A stretch of 64,000 nt of DNA, taken from positions 10,055 through 74,054 of the forward strand of contig CAIXTV010000098.1 of the NCBI GenBank assembly GCA_903922465.1, given 5' to 3'. The notes under the pieces are model-generated. The model saw only the letters and a program-made list of their open reading frames with translations. It was not told the origin of the DNA and did not search any database. This DNA comes from an uncultured bacterium (lineage in GTDB: Bacteria; Bacteroidota; Bacteroidia; Bacteroidales; CAIXTV01). Within the stretch, counting starts at the first letter, position 1, and every line of letters begins with the position of its first letter. Positions 27,515-37,627 of the stretch are shown here, piece after piece. The position numbers and the translations under genes were made by a program.

Positions 27515-29167
27515 ATGAAACGAATATTATTTATTGCACTTATACTTTCTCCTTTTTGGGGTTTAGCACAAAACGTACTTTCGCAAGGCAAAATCAGTGG
27601 GAACTTCCAGATGGATGCACAGTATTATTTTCAAGATTCAGCTATAGGCGCCCCCGATGTACCTGAGAAATTATTGGTCAACGGATTTGCCAACCTATTA
27701 TATACCAACGGGAATTTCACTGCAGGATTGCGCTACGAAAACTTCCTGAATCCTATGCTTGGTTATGATAAACGTTACAAAGGGAATGGAATATCTTATC
27801 GTTTTGCAACCTATAAAAATGATAATATTGAAGTCACAGTTGGAAACTATTACGAACAATTTGGTTCAGGATTAATCCTGCGCACCTACGAAAACTGGAA
27901 TCTTGGTTTCGATAATTCGCTTGATGGATTACGTGTGAAATATACCCCTTTTGCAGGTGTTACAGTGAAAGGAGTTATTGGACGTCAAAGGTTTTTCTTT
28001 GAAAAGCCTCAAGGTTTGGTGAGGGGAGCAGACGTTGATGTTTCATTAAATGATTTTATTTCAAAATATAAAGATGCGAAACTGAAAATAACCCTAGGAG
28101 GAAGCTTTGTAAGCAAATTCCAAGAAGATCAAGACCCTCTTTATAAATTGCCTGCCAATGTTGGTGCTTATGCAGGAAGAATTAGTATGAATTATGGTAG
28201 ATTTGATTTTATGGGTGAATATGCACATAAAATAAACGACCCTTCAACAGTAAATAATTTCATTTATAAAGATGGAGAAGCACTATTTCTCAATCTTTCC
28301 TATTCTCAAAAGGGCCTCGGGATTTCACTTAGTGGGAAAAGGGTCGATAATATGGATTTTCGTTCCGATCGTACTCAAACCGGAAATGTGCTGAATATTA
28401 ATTATCTTCCTACTATTTCAAAAGAGCACACCTATAGCTTGGCGGCTTATTATCCTTATTCTACCCAACCAAATGGAGAAATGGGCTATCAGGCCCAAAT
28501 CGATTATAAGATTAAAAAAGGAAGCTTTTTGGGTGGAAAATATGGGACTAACATCACCTTGAATTTCTCAAAAGTGAATTCTATTGACAGAAAAAATATT
28601 GATGATAGCACTTATGTAAGTCAACCTGGCACATTGGGGTATTCCTCTTCATTCTTCTCCTTTGGAAAAGAAACCTATTTTCAGGATTTTAATTTAGAAG
28701 TAGGACATAAATTCAGCAAAAAATTTAAAATGAGTGCCATGTATGTAAATATGATTTACAATTATGCCATCATTCAGGGACACCTCATGGAAACAGGCGA
28801 TTCCTTACTCTATGGTGATATTGCTATAGTCGACATGTCTTTTGCTTTAACAGAAAATAAAACCCTTAGATTAGAATTCGAACATTTATCTACAGTTCAG
28901 GATAAGGGTAATTGGATAATGGGAATGGCCGAACTTTCTATTGCTCCCAAATGGTTTTTCTCTCTAACCGACCGATGGAACTACGGAAACAAAGATGCTT
29001 CAAAACAATTCCATTATTATAATGTAGGTGTCGCTTATGTGCATAACACCAGTCGCATTGCCCTAGTTTATGGGAAACAAGTAGACGGGGTGGTTTGCGT
29101 TGGGGGTGTTTGCCGCGCAGTCCCTGCTTCAAACGGGGTCACCTTAACCATTACAAGTAGCTTTTAA
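27515..29167 (+). CDS. Putative outer-membrane beta-barrel protein (DUF6029-like by recollection)
   Basis: 550 aa with a signal peptide. It has alternating-hydrophobic strand patterns and a terminal aromatic residue (…TITSSF). Confidence 0.55.
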   Translation: MKRILFIALILSPFWGLAQNVLSQGKISGNFQMDAQYYFQDSAIGAPDVPEKLLVNGFANLLYTNGNFTAGLRYENFLNPMLGYDKRYKGNGISYRFATYKNDNIEVTVGNYYEQFGSGLILRTYENWNLGFDNSLDGLRVKYTPFAGVTVKGVIGRQRFFFEKPQGLVRGADVDVSLNDFISKYKDAKLKITLGGSFVSKFQEDQDPLYKLPANVGAYAGRISMNYGRFDFMGEYAHKINDPSTVNNFIYKDGEALFLNLSYSQKGLGISLSGKRVDNMDFRSDRTQTGNVLNINYLPTISKEHTYSLAAYYPYSTQPNGEMGYQAQIDYKIKKGSFLGGKYGTNITLNFSKVNSIDRKNIDDSTYVSQPGTLGYSSSFFSFGKETYFQDFNLEVGHKFSKKFKMSAMYVNMIYNYAIIQGHLMETGDSLLYGDIAIVDMSFALTENKTLRLEFEHLSTVQDKGNWIMGMAELSIAPKWFFSLTDRWNYGNKDASKQFHYYNVGVAYVHNTSRIALVYGKQVDGVVCVGGVCRAVPASNGVTLTITSSF

Positions 29168-29178
29168 TATTATCTATT

Positions 29179-30066
29179 ATGAAAAGAATTAAATTAATAA
29201 GTTTGATGGTTGTTTTATTAAGCAGCTGTCTTATCGCTATGGTATCATGCGATAAAATTGATGCTCCTTATACCGATGACAACATTAACATCATTACCGA
29301 TTCAATCCCGGTTTTCCCTTCACTTTCTGCAAATTACTATAATAAAGTTTTGTTGGAAGAATACACGGGGATTAAATGTGTGTATTGTCCAACCGGCTCA
29401 CAAATTGCACGCAACTTGAAAACTGTTTATGGCGACACACTGATATTAATGGAAGTTCATTGCGGGGAATTTGCCAGTCCTGATGCTAACTTTACGGCAG
29501 ACTTCCGTACAACTGCCGGTACCGATTTTGATACAAAGTTTGGTATGAGTAATGCGGGTTTACCTGATGGAATGATAAACAGATTTGGGTTTCCGGGCAA
29601 TACACATATTCTATACATGGCATCATGGGGAACTGCAGTAGCTACAGCTAAACAAAAGCCTGTTAGCATTGCTTTACAGATTATAAACAAATATCAGGCT
29701 CCTTTGCTAAAGACATATATTAAAACCACGTTTAAGTCGAACCTTAGCAAAAACCTTATGTTGAGTATATTCATAATTGAAGACAGCCTTATTTCTCCTC
29801 AGAAAAACAACAATTCGGCTATTGGTCCTACTCCAGTTGATTCATTTTATGTGCATAATCATGTTTTAAGAAATGCAATAAACTCCACTTGGGGGGCCGA
29901 ACTTGCAACAATTGCTGTCCCAGTTGTGCAGGATTCATCTATAATAAAATCCTATTCCTACACCATAAACCCTGCTTGGAATGCTCAAAATTGTAATGTT
30001 GTTGCGATTGTTTATGATAAGGATACTTACGAAATTTATCAGGTAGAAGAACTAAAACTTCAGTAG
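29179..30066 (+). CDS. Omp28-related lipoprotein (thioredoxin-like)
   Basis: 295 aa with a lipobox (LSSCLIAMVSC). The motif LLEEYTGIKCVYCPTG matches my recollection of Omp28-related proteins. Confidence 0.55.
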   Translation: MKRIKLISLMVVLLSSCLIAMVSCDKIDAPYTDDNINIITDSIPVFPSLSANYYNKVLLEEYTGIKCVYCPTGSQIARNLKTVYGDTLILMEVHCGEFASPDANFTADFRTTAGTDFDTKFGMSNAGLPDGMINRFGFPGNTHILYMASWGTAVATAKQKPVSIALQIINKYQAPLLKTYIKTTFKSNLSKNLMLSIFIIEDSLISPQKNNNSAIGPTPVDSFYVHNHVLRNAINSTWGAELATIAVPVVQDSSIIKSYSYTINPAWNAQNCNVVAIVYDKDTYEIYQVEELKLQ

Positions 30067-30276
30067 TATTTTACTTAAATAGCTATTTTATTGCAATCTT
30101 TTTGCCCAATAAATTTCATCCATTTTATTAAAGCGAGCCCACTTGGTCCCAGATTCTACTAGTATTTTTGAGTTGTATTTAGAACCTTCGGAATTCATTG
30201 ACTAAATTTCAAGTTATTTAATAGGTACTAAAGCATTGAATTTGTGTCTAAAGGTATCGACAAGAAAAGATAAAAA

Positions 30277-30885
30277 TCAAATAAATCTTTTTGTAATTTC
30301 TTTAATCGAGGCAAAGCTATTTTGAAAAACTTCATCAGTAGCCTGAGCATTAAACCATCTGATATCAGTGATTTTCTCTTCAGCTTGCGGAATTAATAGA
30401 GTATCTGAGGAGCAAAACATTTCATACCAAAGCACCCTTTTGACGTACCATTTATTTTTTTCGAAAAACATATGGTGCATATACATAATTTCATCTCCCA
30501 TTTCAGGGTTTGGAATGCCAGTTTCTTCAGAAACTTCTCTTAAAGCCGCCTTATAAAAGCTTTCGTCCTCTTCAACATGTCCTTTGGGTAAATCCCATTT
30601 ACCTTTACGAAAGATAAACAACAATTCATTTTTCTCGTTCTTAACTATGCCCCCGGCAGCATCAATAATTTTGAAATTGGATAAAAATAAATTGAAAGCC
30701 AATTCAATAGAATCACAAATAATGTATCCTTCTTGAAAATTGCTTTCAATAAAATCAAGGAAAAATGTATTCAACGTAACGCACGTATCGTCTGGAGCGA
30801 AATGTAAATACATTTCACACTTTATAGGTTGAAAATTGGTGAAGATTATTACGCGATTTTTAATGAAAACTTTATACATTTGCAT
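30277..30885 (-). CDS. NUDIX hydrolase
   Basis: The NUDIX box reads GHVEEDESFYKAALREVSEETGI. The start is uncertain (ATG 30885, 30879 or 30813). The track start at 30942 would overlap pyrE. Confidence 0.8.
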   Translation of the reverse strand: MQMYKVFIKNRVIIFTNFQPIKCEMYLHFAPDDTCVTLNTFFLDFIESNFQEGYIICDSIELAFNLFLSNFKIIDAAGGIVKNEKNELLFIFRKGKWDLPKGHVEEDESFYKAALREVSEETGIPNPEMGDEIMYMHHMFFEKNKWYVKRVLWYEMFCSSDTLLIPQAEEKITDIRWFNAQATDEVFQNSFASIKEITKRFI

Positions 30886-30886
30886 C

Positions 30887-31534
30887 ATGAAACAAAATAA
30901 AGAAACTGCCGGCAAAGTTGCTGATTTTTTATTACAAATCAAAGCAATTAAACTTAATGTAGCTTCACCTTTTACTTGGTCATCAGGTTTGAAGTCTCCA
31001 ATATATTGTGATAACCGAAAAACCTTATCCTATCCTACTATCAGAACCTATATCCGTCAGGAGTTTGTTAGGCTGATACATGACGAATTTGGCATGCCAG
31101 ATGTTATAGCCGGTGTTGCCACAGGTGCAATTGCCCACGGAGCATTGATAGCACAGGATATGGGTTTGCCTTTTGTTTATGTTCGCACTTCTGAAAAGGC
31201 ACATGGCCTATCAAATCTAATAGAAGGTGTTGTTGAATCTGGTCAATCAGTTGTTGTGGTTGAGGATTTAATTTCAACGGGCGGAAGCAGTTTGAAAGCT
31301 GTTGAAGCATTAACCAATGCAGGATGTAAGGTAAAGGGGATGATTGCTATCTTTACTTATCAACTTCCTTCAGCGATAGAAAACTTCAAGAATGCCAAAA
31401 TTCCTTTATTTACCTTAAGTAATTACGATGCCTTAATTGATGAGGCAGTTAAAAGAGATTATATAACCCAAAGCGATATCGAATCTTTAATTCGTTGGCG
31501 TGAAGCTCCAGAACATTGGGGAGAAAAACTTTAA
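30887..31534 (+). CDS. pyrE: Orotate phosphoribosyltransferase
   Basis: The PRPP-binding motif is VVVVEDLISTGGS. The N-terminus FTWSSGLKSPIYCDNR is typical of PyrE. I place the start at MKQNKETAG (30887). Confidence 0.9.
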   Translation: MKQNKETAGKVADFLLQIKAIKLNVASPFTWSSGLKSPIYCDNRKTLSYPTIRTYIRQEFVRLIHDEFGMPDVIAGVATGAIAHGALIAQDMGLPFVYVRTSEKAHGLSNLIEGVVESGQSVVVVEDLISTGGSSLKAVEALTNAGCKVKGMIAIFTYQLPSAIENFKNAKIPLFTLSNYDALIDEAVKRDYITQSDIESLIRWREAPEHWGEKL

Positions 31535-31537
31535 TAA

Positions 31538-31951
31538 ATGTTACAGGTCGAAAGTAAAATTACTGAAGTAAATGCGTCTAATGAGCACATTTATAATTTT
31601 TTAGCTGATTTTAATAACTTCAGCAACTTAATGCCTCCACAGGTTACTCAATGGAAAGCAGATGAAAACACTTGCTCTTTTATCATTCAGGGCTTGCCAG
31701 AACTAAAATTAGAATATAAAGAGAAAACTCCTTTTTCTTTAATTGTAATTACTCCTCAATCTTTAGGCTCAGTAAGTTTTGATTTGGGAATTACCTTGCA
31801 AATTGTATCAGCAAATTCTTCAACTGTTATAACGTATCTTAATGCAGATGTTAATCCAATGATGAAGATGATGTTGCAAAACCCTTTACAGAATTTCGTC
31901 AATACTCTTAGCGAGAAGCTAGGCCTTTATTTTGAAAGTCACAAAAAATAG
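31538..31951 (+). CDS. Small SRPBCC/START-like protein (tentative)
   Basis: 137 aa immediately after pyrE. This is a weak family guess based on size, context and composition. Confidence 0.45.
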   Translation: MLQVESKITEVNASNEHIYNFLADFNNFSNLMPPQVTQWKADENTCSFIIQGLPELKLEYKEKTPFSLIVITPQSLGSVSFDLGITLQIVSANSSTVITYLNADVNPMMKMMLQNPLQNFVNTLSEKLGLYFESHKK

Positions 31952-31967
31952 TTTATAAATTATAATT

Positions 31968-32951
31968 ATGAAAAAAAGAATTCTTTTCACAGTGTCAGTA
32001 TTTGTTTTTTCAATGTGTTTTCTGTTGATAACAGGATGTGGAAATAACAAAACAATTCAAACCGATTCAACTCAGGCACTGAAGGGGGTGATTAGCATTT
32101 CAGGTGCTTTTGCAATGTATCCCATTGTTGTCAAATGGGCCGAAGAGTTTAAGAAATTACATCCAGACGTAAAAATTGATGTTTCTGCAGGTGGAGCAGG
32201 AAAAGGGATGACCGATGCCTTGTCAGGAATGGTTGACCTAGGAATGGTTTCACGCCCCATTTCACCCGAGGAAATCAATAAAGGGGCCTGGTATATTGCA
32301 ATAACGAAAGACGCTGTATTGCCAACCATTAATGTTAAAAATCCTGTTATTAAAGAGATTATGCAGCAAGGATTAACAAAAAAACAATTAGCAGAAGTTT
32401 TTTTATCTGAAAATAAAATAAGTTGGGGGCAATTAGTAAAAACAAATTGCACATCCAAAGTTGTTGGATATACACGCTCTGATGCATGTGGTGCAGCTGA
32501 AATGTGGGGGAAATATCTAGGGAAAAATCAAGAGAGCTTAACAGGAATTGGTGTGTTTGGAGATCCAGGAATTGCTGATGCAGTTAAAAATGATAAAAAC
32601 GCTTTAGGTTTTAATAATGTTATTTATGTTTTTGATATAAAAACACGCAAACCATATGAGGGAGTGACTGTCTTGCCTATTGATTTAAATGAAAACGGCA
32701 AAATTGATGTTGATGAAAACTTTTATTCTTCGTTAGACAGCATAATGAATGCAATTAGTATAGGCAAATATCCTTCCCCTCCCGCAAGAGATTTGTATTT
32801 TGTTTCTAACAGTGTTCCTAAGAGTTATCTGGTAAAAGCCTTTATTCAGTGGATACTTTCAGATGGTCAAAAGTTTATTCCTGAAGCTGGATATGTAGCT
32901 TTACCTGCTGACCAAATCAAAACCCAAATCGAGAAACTTAATAAGAAGTAG
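31968..32951 (+). CDS. pstS: Phosphate ABC transporter substrate-binding lipoprotein
   Basis: 327 aa with a lipobox (LITGCGN). The PBP-like segment is SGAFAMYP...SAGGAGKGM, and the gene heads the pstCAB genes. Confidence 0.85.
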   Translation: MKKRILFTVSVFVFSMCFLLITGCGNNKTIQTDSTQALKGVISISGAFAMYPIVVKWAEEFKKLHPDVKIDVSAGGAGKGMTDALSGMVDLGMVSRPISPEEINKGAWYIAITKDAVLPTINVKNPVIKEIMQQGLTKKQLAEVFLSENKISWGQLVKTNCTSKVVGYTRSDACGAAEMWGKYLGKNQESLTGIGVFGDPGIADAVKNDKNALGFNNVIYVFDIKTRKPYEGVTVLPIDLNENGKIDVDENFYSSLDSIMNAISIGKYPSPPARDLYFVSNSVPKSYLVKAFIQWILSDGQKFIPEAGYVALPADQIKTQIEKLNKK

Positions 32952-32956
32952 TACAA

Positions 32957-33856
32957 ATGGGTGTTTTAACAATCAGCCGACAAGTTCGCAACCGTTTGCA
33001 CGGTTCATGGATGCTGATTAGTTTAATCTTTGTGGTATTGTTGCCTTTTTTGTTAGGGACAGGATTGTACATTAAATCCGCTAACCTATTGAGCAATCAT
33101 TCAATTTCAAGCTTGTTATTTTCAACTGAATGGAAGCCAATAAGTGGTAAGTTTGGTCTTTGGCCATTTATTTTAAGTTCATTATGGGTGACAATTCTGG
33201 CAGTTTTATTTGCTGTTCCTATTTGTTTGCTCACTTCTTTGCACATTACGCAATACGCCAAGAGATGGGTGCTCAGTCTTATGCATCCGATAATTGATAT
33301 TTTAGCTGGAATCCCATCAGTGATTTACGGAGTTTGGGGAGTTTTAATTGTTGTGCCTTTTGTAGCTGATTATATTGCTCCTTTATTTGGGAAAACTATT
33401 TCTGGCTATAGTATTTTAGCTGGTGCTATTGTGTTGGCAATTATGATTATTCCCTTTATGTTGAATATTTTAATGGAAATATTTAAAACCATTCCTGAGG
33501 AATTGACCGAAGCTTCACTGGCCTTAGGAGCTACTCGTTGGCAAACCATTAAAAAAGTAATTCTTAGAAAAGCCTTCCCCGGAATTGTATCAGCTATTGG
33601 ACTTGGTTTATCAAGAGCTTTTGGCGAAACTATCGCGGTGATGATGGTTGTTGGAAACGTTACACGAATACCTTATGGTACTTTGCAGCCTGGTTATCCA
33701 TTGCCAGCACTAATTGCCAACAATTATGGCGAAATGATGTCGATTCCTTTATATGATTCTGCATTAATGCTTGCAGCTTTAGTGTTATTCGTCATTGTTC
33801 TTTTTTTTAATTTTGCTTCGAGGATGGCTATTGTTAGACTCGAAAAGAATCTATAA
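32957..33856 (+). CDS. pstC: Phosphate ABC transporter permease PstC
   Basis: 299 aa and polytopic, with the EAA-loop EASLALGATRWQTI. Confidence 0.9.
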   Translation: MGVLTISRQVRNRLHGSWMLISLIFVVLLPFLLGTGLYIKSANLLSNHSISSLLFSTEWKPISGKFGLWPFILSSLWVTILAVLFAVPICLLTSLHITQYAKRWVLSLMHPIIDILAGIPSVIYGVWGVLIVVPFVADYIAPLFGKTISGYSILAGAIVLAIMIIPFMLNILMEIFKTIPEELTEASLALGATRWQTIKKVILRKAFPGIVSAIGLGLSRAFGETIAVMMVVGNVTRIPYGTLQPGYPLPALIANNYGEMMSIPLYDSALMLAALVLFVIVLFFNFASRMAIVRLEKNL

Positions 33857-33862
33857 ATACTA

Positions 33863-34720
33863 ATGAGAAAAACCTCCCGAATTGAAGAAAGATTTTTTAG
33901 AGTTTTGATGTTCTTTTCAACAGCTTTTATAGCTATTAGTTTGTTGCTAATTGTTTTTAGTATAGTATATAAAGGTTTACCTTCCCTTTCTTGGGAAATG
34001 TTAACCCAAGAGCCAAAAGGTGGGTTCTATTTTGGGAAAGAAGGAGGTATATTGAATGCCATTTTGGGCTCCTTTTATCTTGCGATTGGGGCTACTTTGC
34101 TCGCCATGTTAATTGCAATCCCTGTGGCCCTTTTTATTAATGTACATCTACGGAAGTATAAAAAATCAACAAATTTTATTCGCTTTCTCCTTGACCTGAT
34201 GTGGGGTGTGCCTTCAATTGTTTATGGTGCCTTTGCATTTGGTGTTATGATTTATTTGGGTGTTAGAACTTCTCTTCTAGCCGGAATTATTACTGTAACT
34301 TTATTCATTATTCCAATTATGATTAGATCGTTTGACGAGGTTCTTAAAACAATACCTAATGGCTTGCTCGAATCTACCTTTTCATTAGGTGCAACACTTT
34401 CCGAAACATCATACAGAGTTGTATTGAGGCAATGTATTCCTGGCTTCATAACGTCTATACTTTTGTCGTTCGGAAGAGCTATTGGAGATGCAGCAGCTGT
34501 AATGTTTACGGCGGGCTTCACCGATAGTATTCCAACCTCATTAAACCAACCAGCAGCTACACTTCCTTTGTCGATATTTTTTCAGCTAAGTTCACCTATT
34601 CCTGAAGTTAAAGCTCGTGCTTATACATCCGCATTAGTATTAACGGTTATTATCCTTTTAATTAGTATTTTTGCCCGTTATTTCTCTCGGAAGTACGAAA
34701 AAAATAAAATCCGTTTTTGA
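33863..34720 (+). CDS. pstA: Phosphate ABC transporter permease PstA
   Basis: 285 aa and polytopic, with the EAA-like loop ESTFSLGATLSE. It ends with TGA at 34718-34720. Confidence 0.9.
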   Translation: MRKTSRIEERFFRVLMFFSTAFIAISLLLIVFSIVYKGLPSLSWEMLTQEPKGGFYFGKEGGILNAILGSFYLAIGATLLAMLIAIPVALFINVHLRKYKKSTNFIRFLLDLMWGVPSIVYGAFAFGVMIYLGVRTSLLAGIITVTLFIIPIMIRSFDEVLKTIPNGLLESTFSLGATLSETSYRVVLRQCIPGFITSILLSFGRAIGDAAAVMFTAGFTDSIPTSLNQPAATLPLSIFFQLSSPIPEVKARAYTSALVLTVIILLISIFARYFSRKYEKNKIRF

Positions 34721-34722
34721 TT

Positions 34723-35484
34723 ATGCATCAGGGTTGTAAAATACATATAGAAAATTTAAATCTCACTATTGGGAAGCAGAGTATATTGAAAGATATAAAT
34801 ATTTGTATTCCTGAGGGGAAGATTACCGTAATTATTGGCCCTTCAGGTTGTGGTAAAACTACACTGTTGAAAACCCTTAATCGTTTAACTGACCTTTATC
34901 CTGAAATGAAAGTAAGCGGAAGCATTGTTATTGATGACCAGAATGTATTAGAATCGGGGCAGGATATTACCGAAATTAGAAAGAAAATGGGGTTGCTTTC
35001 ACAACGTCCTTATCCACTTCCTATGAATATCTTTAATAATGTGGCTTTTGGATTACGTATCAGTGGAAGATTAAGTAAGAGGATTTTGCATAAACGTGTT
35101 CAGCATTATTTAGAGCAGGCAAATTTATGGGAAGAGGTTAAAAATCGTCTTCATGAGCCCGCTTCAAAGTTATCAATTGGTCAACAGCAACGTTTATGTC
35201 TTGCCCGAGGCTTGGCAGTAGATCCTGAAATTATTTTGGCAGATGAACCTACTTCCGCTCTCGACCCTATTTCGAGCCAGACTATTGAACACAAGTTCCT
35301 CGAATTGAGAGGCAAATACACAATTGTTCTGGTGACTCATTTTTTACAACAAGCTCAACGCATTGCTGACAATGTTGTTTTTATGTACTTGGGTGAAGTT
35401 ATTGAACAGGGTCCCTCTGATGAGTTCTTTAATAATCCTCAGCAAGAACACACTAAACATTATTTAAAAGGAATGTTCAACTAA
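34723..35484 (+). CDS. pstB: Phosphate ABC transporter ATP-binding protein PstB
   Basis: Walker A is GPSGCGKTT, the ABC signature is LSIGQQQRL and Walker B is IILADEPTSALD. I prefer ATG 34723 over the track's TTG at 34717. Confidence 0.95.
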   Translation: MHQGCKIHIENLNLTIGKQSILKDINICIPEGKITVIIGPSGCGKTTLLKTLNRLTDLYPEMKVSGSIVIDDQNVLESGQDITEIRKKMGLLSQRPYPLPMNIFNNVAFGLRISGRLSKRILHKRVQHYLEQANLWEEVKNRLHEPASKLSIGQQQRLCLARGLAVDPEIILADEPTSALDPISSQTIEHKFLELRGKYTIVLVTHFLQQAQRIADNVVFMYLGEVIEQGPSDEFFNNPQQEHTKHYLKGMFN

Positions 35485-35494
35485 ATTCACTCAT

Positions 35495-36790
35495 ATGAAA
35501 CTTACTAATTTTGGATTCGTAATCATTTGCAGCTTATTTTTACTGCAAAATCTCTCAGCTCAATTCACCATCAATGCGGAACTACGACCAAGATTCGAGT
35601 TTCGTGATGGGTATAAACAAATGGTATCTACAAATCCGAACCCAAATTTCATGGTGAGTCAACGAAGCCGTTTAAGTTTTGGATTTGCTAATGATAAGGT
35701 TATTGCGAAAATTTCATTTCAGGATGTTAGGGTTTGGGGTGACGAGAAGTTTAAAGCTGACAATGCTACTACTGCCTTAAAAGAAGGATGGGTTGATGTG
35801 AAATTGTGCGATTCGCTATGGCTTAAAATGGGGCGACAGGAATTTTCATTTGATAATGAACGGCTTTTAAGTGCGTCAAATTGGAATCAGATGGGCACCT
35901 CACATGATGGTTTATTATTGCACCTGAAATACAACACTTGGTCGTTGGATGTTGGGGGAGCATTTAATCAGGCTTCCGATGCAACTCTTTGGGGAACTGA
36001 CTACTCTCTATTGAGTGCAACCAACTATAAATCACTTGGATTCATCTGGCTATCAAAAAAAATAGGAAATCTTAAAATCACTGCAAATGGAATAACCGAT
36101 GGTTATCAAAAAGCATTTACAACCAATACAACCTATTTGCGTTTAACTTCAGGATTATCTTTTATTTATAAAACCCCTAAATTCAGTGCCTCGGCATGAG
36201 GTTATTTTCAGAATGGGAAAAACAAGAGTGGTGTTAACATCAATGCATGGTTTGCGCAGGCCGATGTAAATTATACCTTCTTTGATAAACTGACATTACA
36301 GCTGGGTTATGAACATTGGAGTGGGCAGTTTAATAACGACAAAAAAGAAGACAATCGTTTTAATCTTTTGTATGGTTCTACCCATAAATTTAATGGCAGC
36401 ATGGATTATTTTACTTCTAATGAAGATGCTTTAGGTATGGGGCTCAATGATTTATATTTGAGTTTAAACTATAAAATAAATACGAATTGGAGCCTTAAGG
36501 GCGAATACCATTATTTTAATTCCGACAAGGATTTCTTTTATAAAAGCTCCTCTATTTATTCATTCAATAAAAGCCTTGGAAATGAATTCGATTTGAGTGC
36601 CGTTTGGAATGTATACAATTATCTCACACTATCGGGTGGCTATTCGTTTATGTTGTCTTCTGCGTCTTTCAAAGTAGCTCAATTCGTTAACACTGGGGTA
36701 GTTTACAACAGTGAACGTATTCCGCAGTGGGCTTTTCTGATGCTTTCCTTTAATATGGATATATTTAAATTTGAGAAGGACAAAAAGTAA
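35495..36790 (+). pseudogene. Outer-membrane porin (alginate-export / phosphate-porin-like beta-barrel) interrupted by one in-frame TGA at 36197-36199
   Basis: Track ORFs 35495..36199 and 36368..36790 are in the same frame (36368-35495=873=3x291). The 56 codons between them contain no other stop and read GYFQNGKNKSGVNINAWFAQADVNYTFFDKLTLQLGYEHW, which looks like beta-strand sequence. The signal peptide is …LQNLSAQ. Confidence 0.65.
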
Positions 36791-37055
36791 ATAGCTTTTT
36801 CATAATATTAGTTCTTTAATCATCAAAGATAAACTTTTTATTATTCAACTTCACTTCAACAAAATAATAATACATCCACTTATTCCAATAGCTCAACTCT
36901 AACCCAATATTCAATTCCCCATTTTTATAAATCTCAACTTATCAAAGCTAATAAAACTTAGATTAAGGTTTGCTGCAATACCACAAAGGGAAGAACTAAA
37001 ATCACTAAAGGTTAGCAATTTGTAAATGTCTAAGAGCGTGCTTTGTAAGGCGGAA

Positions 37056-37181
37056 ATGCGATTATTGGCCTTGAAATGCCGACTCTTGTCAAGGAATAGC
37101 ATCCTCGTTGACATGAGTAGCATCTTCGTTGACACGAATAGCATCTTCGTTGACAAGAGGATACAACTCTTGATGAACTGG
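37056..37181. repeat. Array 3: about 5-6 phased 21-bp tandem repeats, consensus AGCATCTTCGTTGACACGAAT
   Basis: Clear units start at 37098, 37119 and 37140, with degenerate units on both sides. Confidence 0.8.
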
Positions 37182-37627
37182 CATTTATCAGAAGTGATAT
37201 GTCTTTATTATTTAAAGGAAACTGCCAATAAATCAAGCTGTAAGGCGACCTAAGTCAGAAACGGTTTAAGATTTTTAATCAGAAACGGATTAAGTCTTAG
37301 TGTGAAAAAACAATTAACTCACTGTAATAGGAGAAGACTGAACCCCAATCTTCAGGAGGATTATTGCCGATAATAAAACTTCTACGAAGAATTAATCTTG
37401 AACACTAAGCTATGTTAGTGATTTCGGATTTAGAACCTGAAGTAGGCTAAACAATGAGCGCCATATATAAATTCGTAACGATAGTCTAGTCTCCTGTTAA
37501 TCTGACTTCCTTATAAAAGGTTATAATAATAAGATGATTTTTAGATTACACGAACTTTTTGCTTAGTTCCCAAAAAATACCTGTGACGCTTTTATTTAAG
37601 GTTTAAATTGAATCTTAATGCCGTTAT

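Noticed and set aside
36197-36199. TGA recoding (genetic code 4/25 or selenocysteine) as the explanation for the in-frame stop in the porin
   Set aside because: TGA terminates conserved genes at their expected ends in this same window (pstA at 34718-34720 and mazG at 39337-39339). I noticed no SECIS-like hairpin, and a selenoprotein porin has no precedent. A nonsense mutation or sequencing error is more parsimonious.
36911-37253. ORFs 36911..37156 (-), 37026..37253 (+) and 37030..37236 (-) overlapping array 3
   Set aside because: These are three mutually overlapping short ORFs centred on the repeat. None has a recognisable motif, and they are a product of the repeat periodicity.
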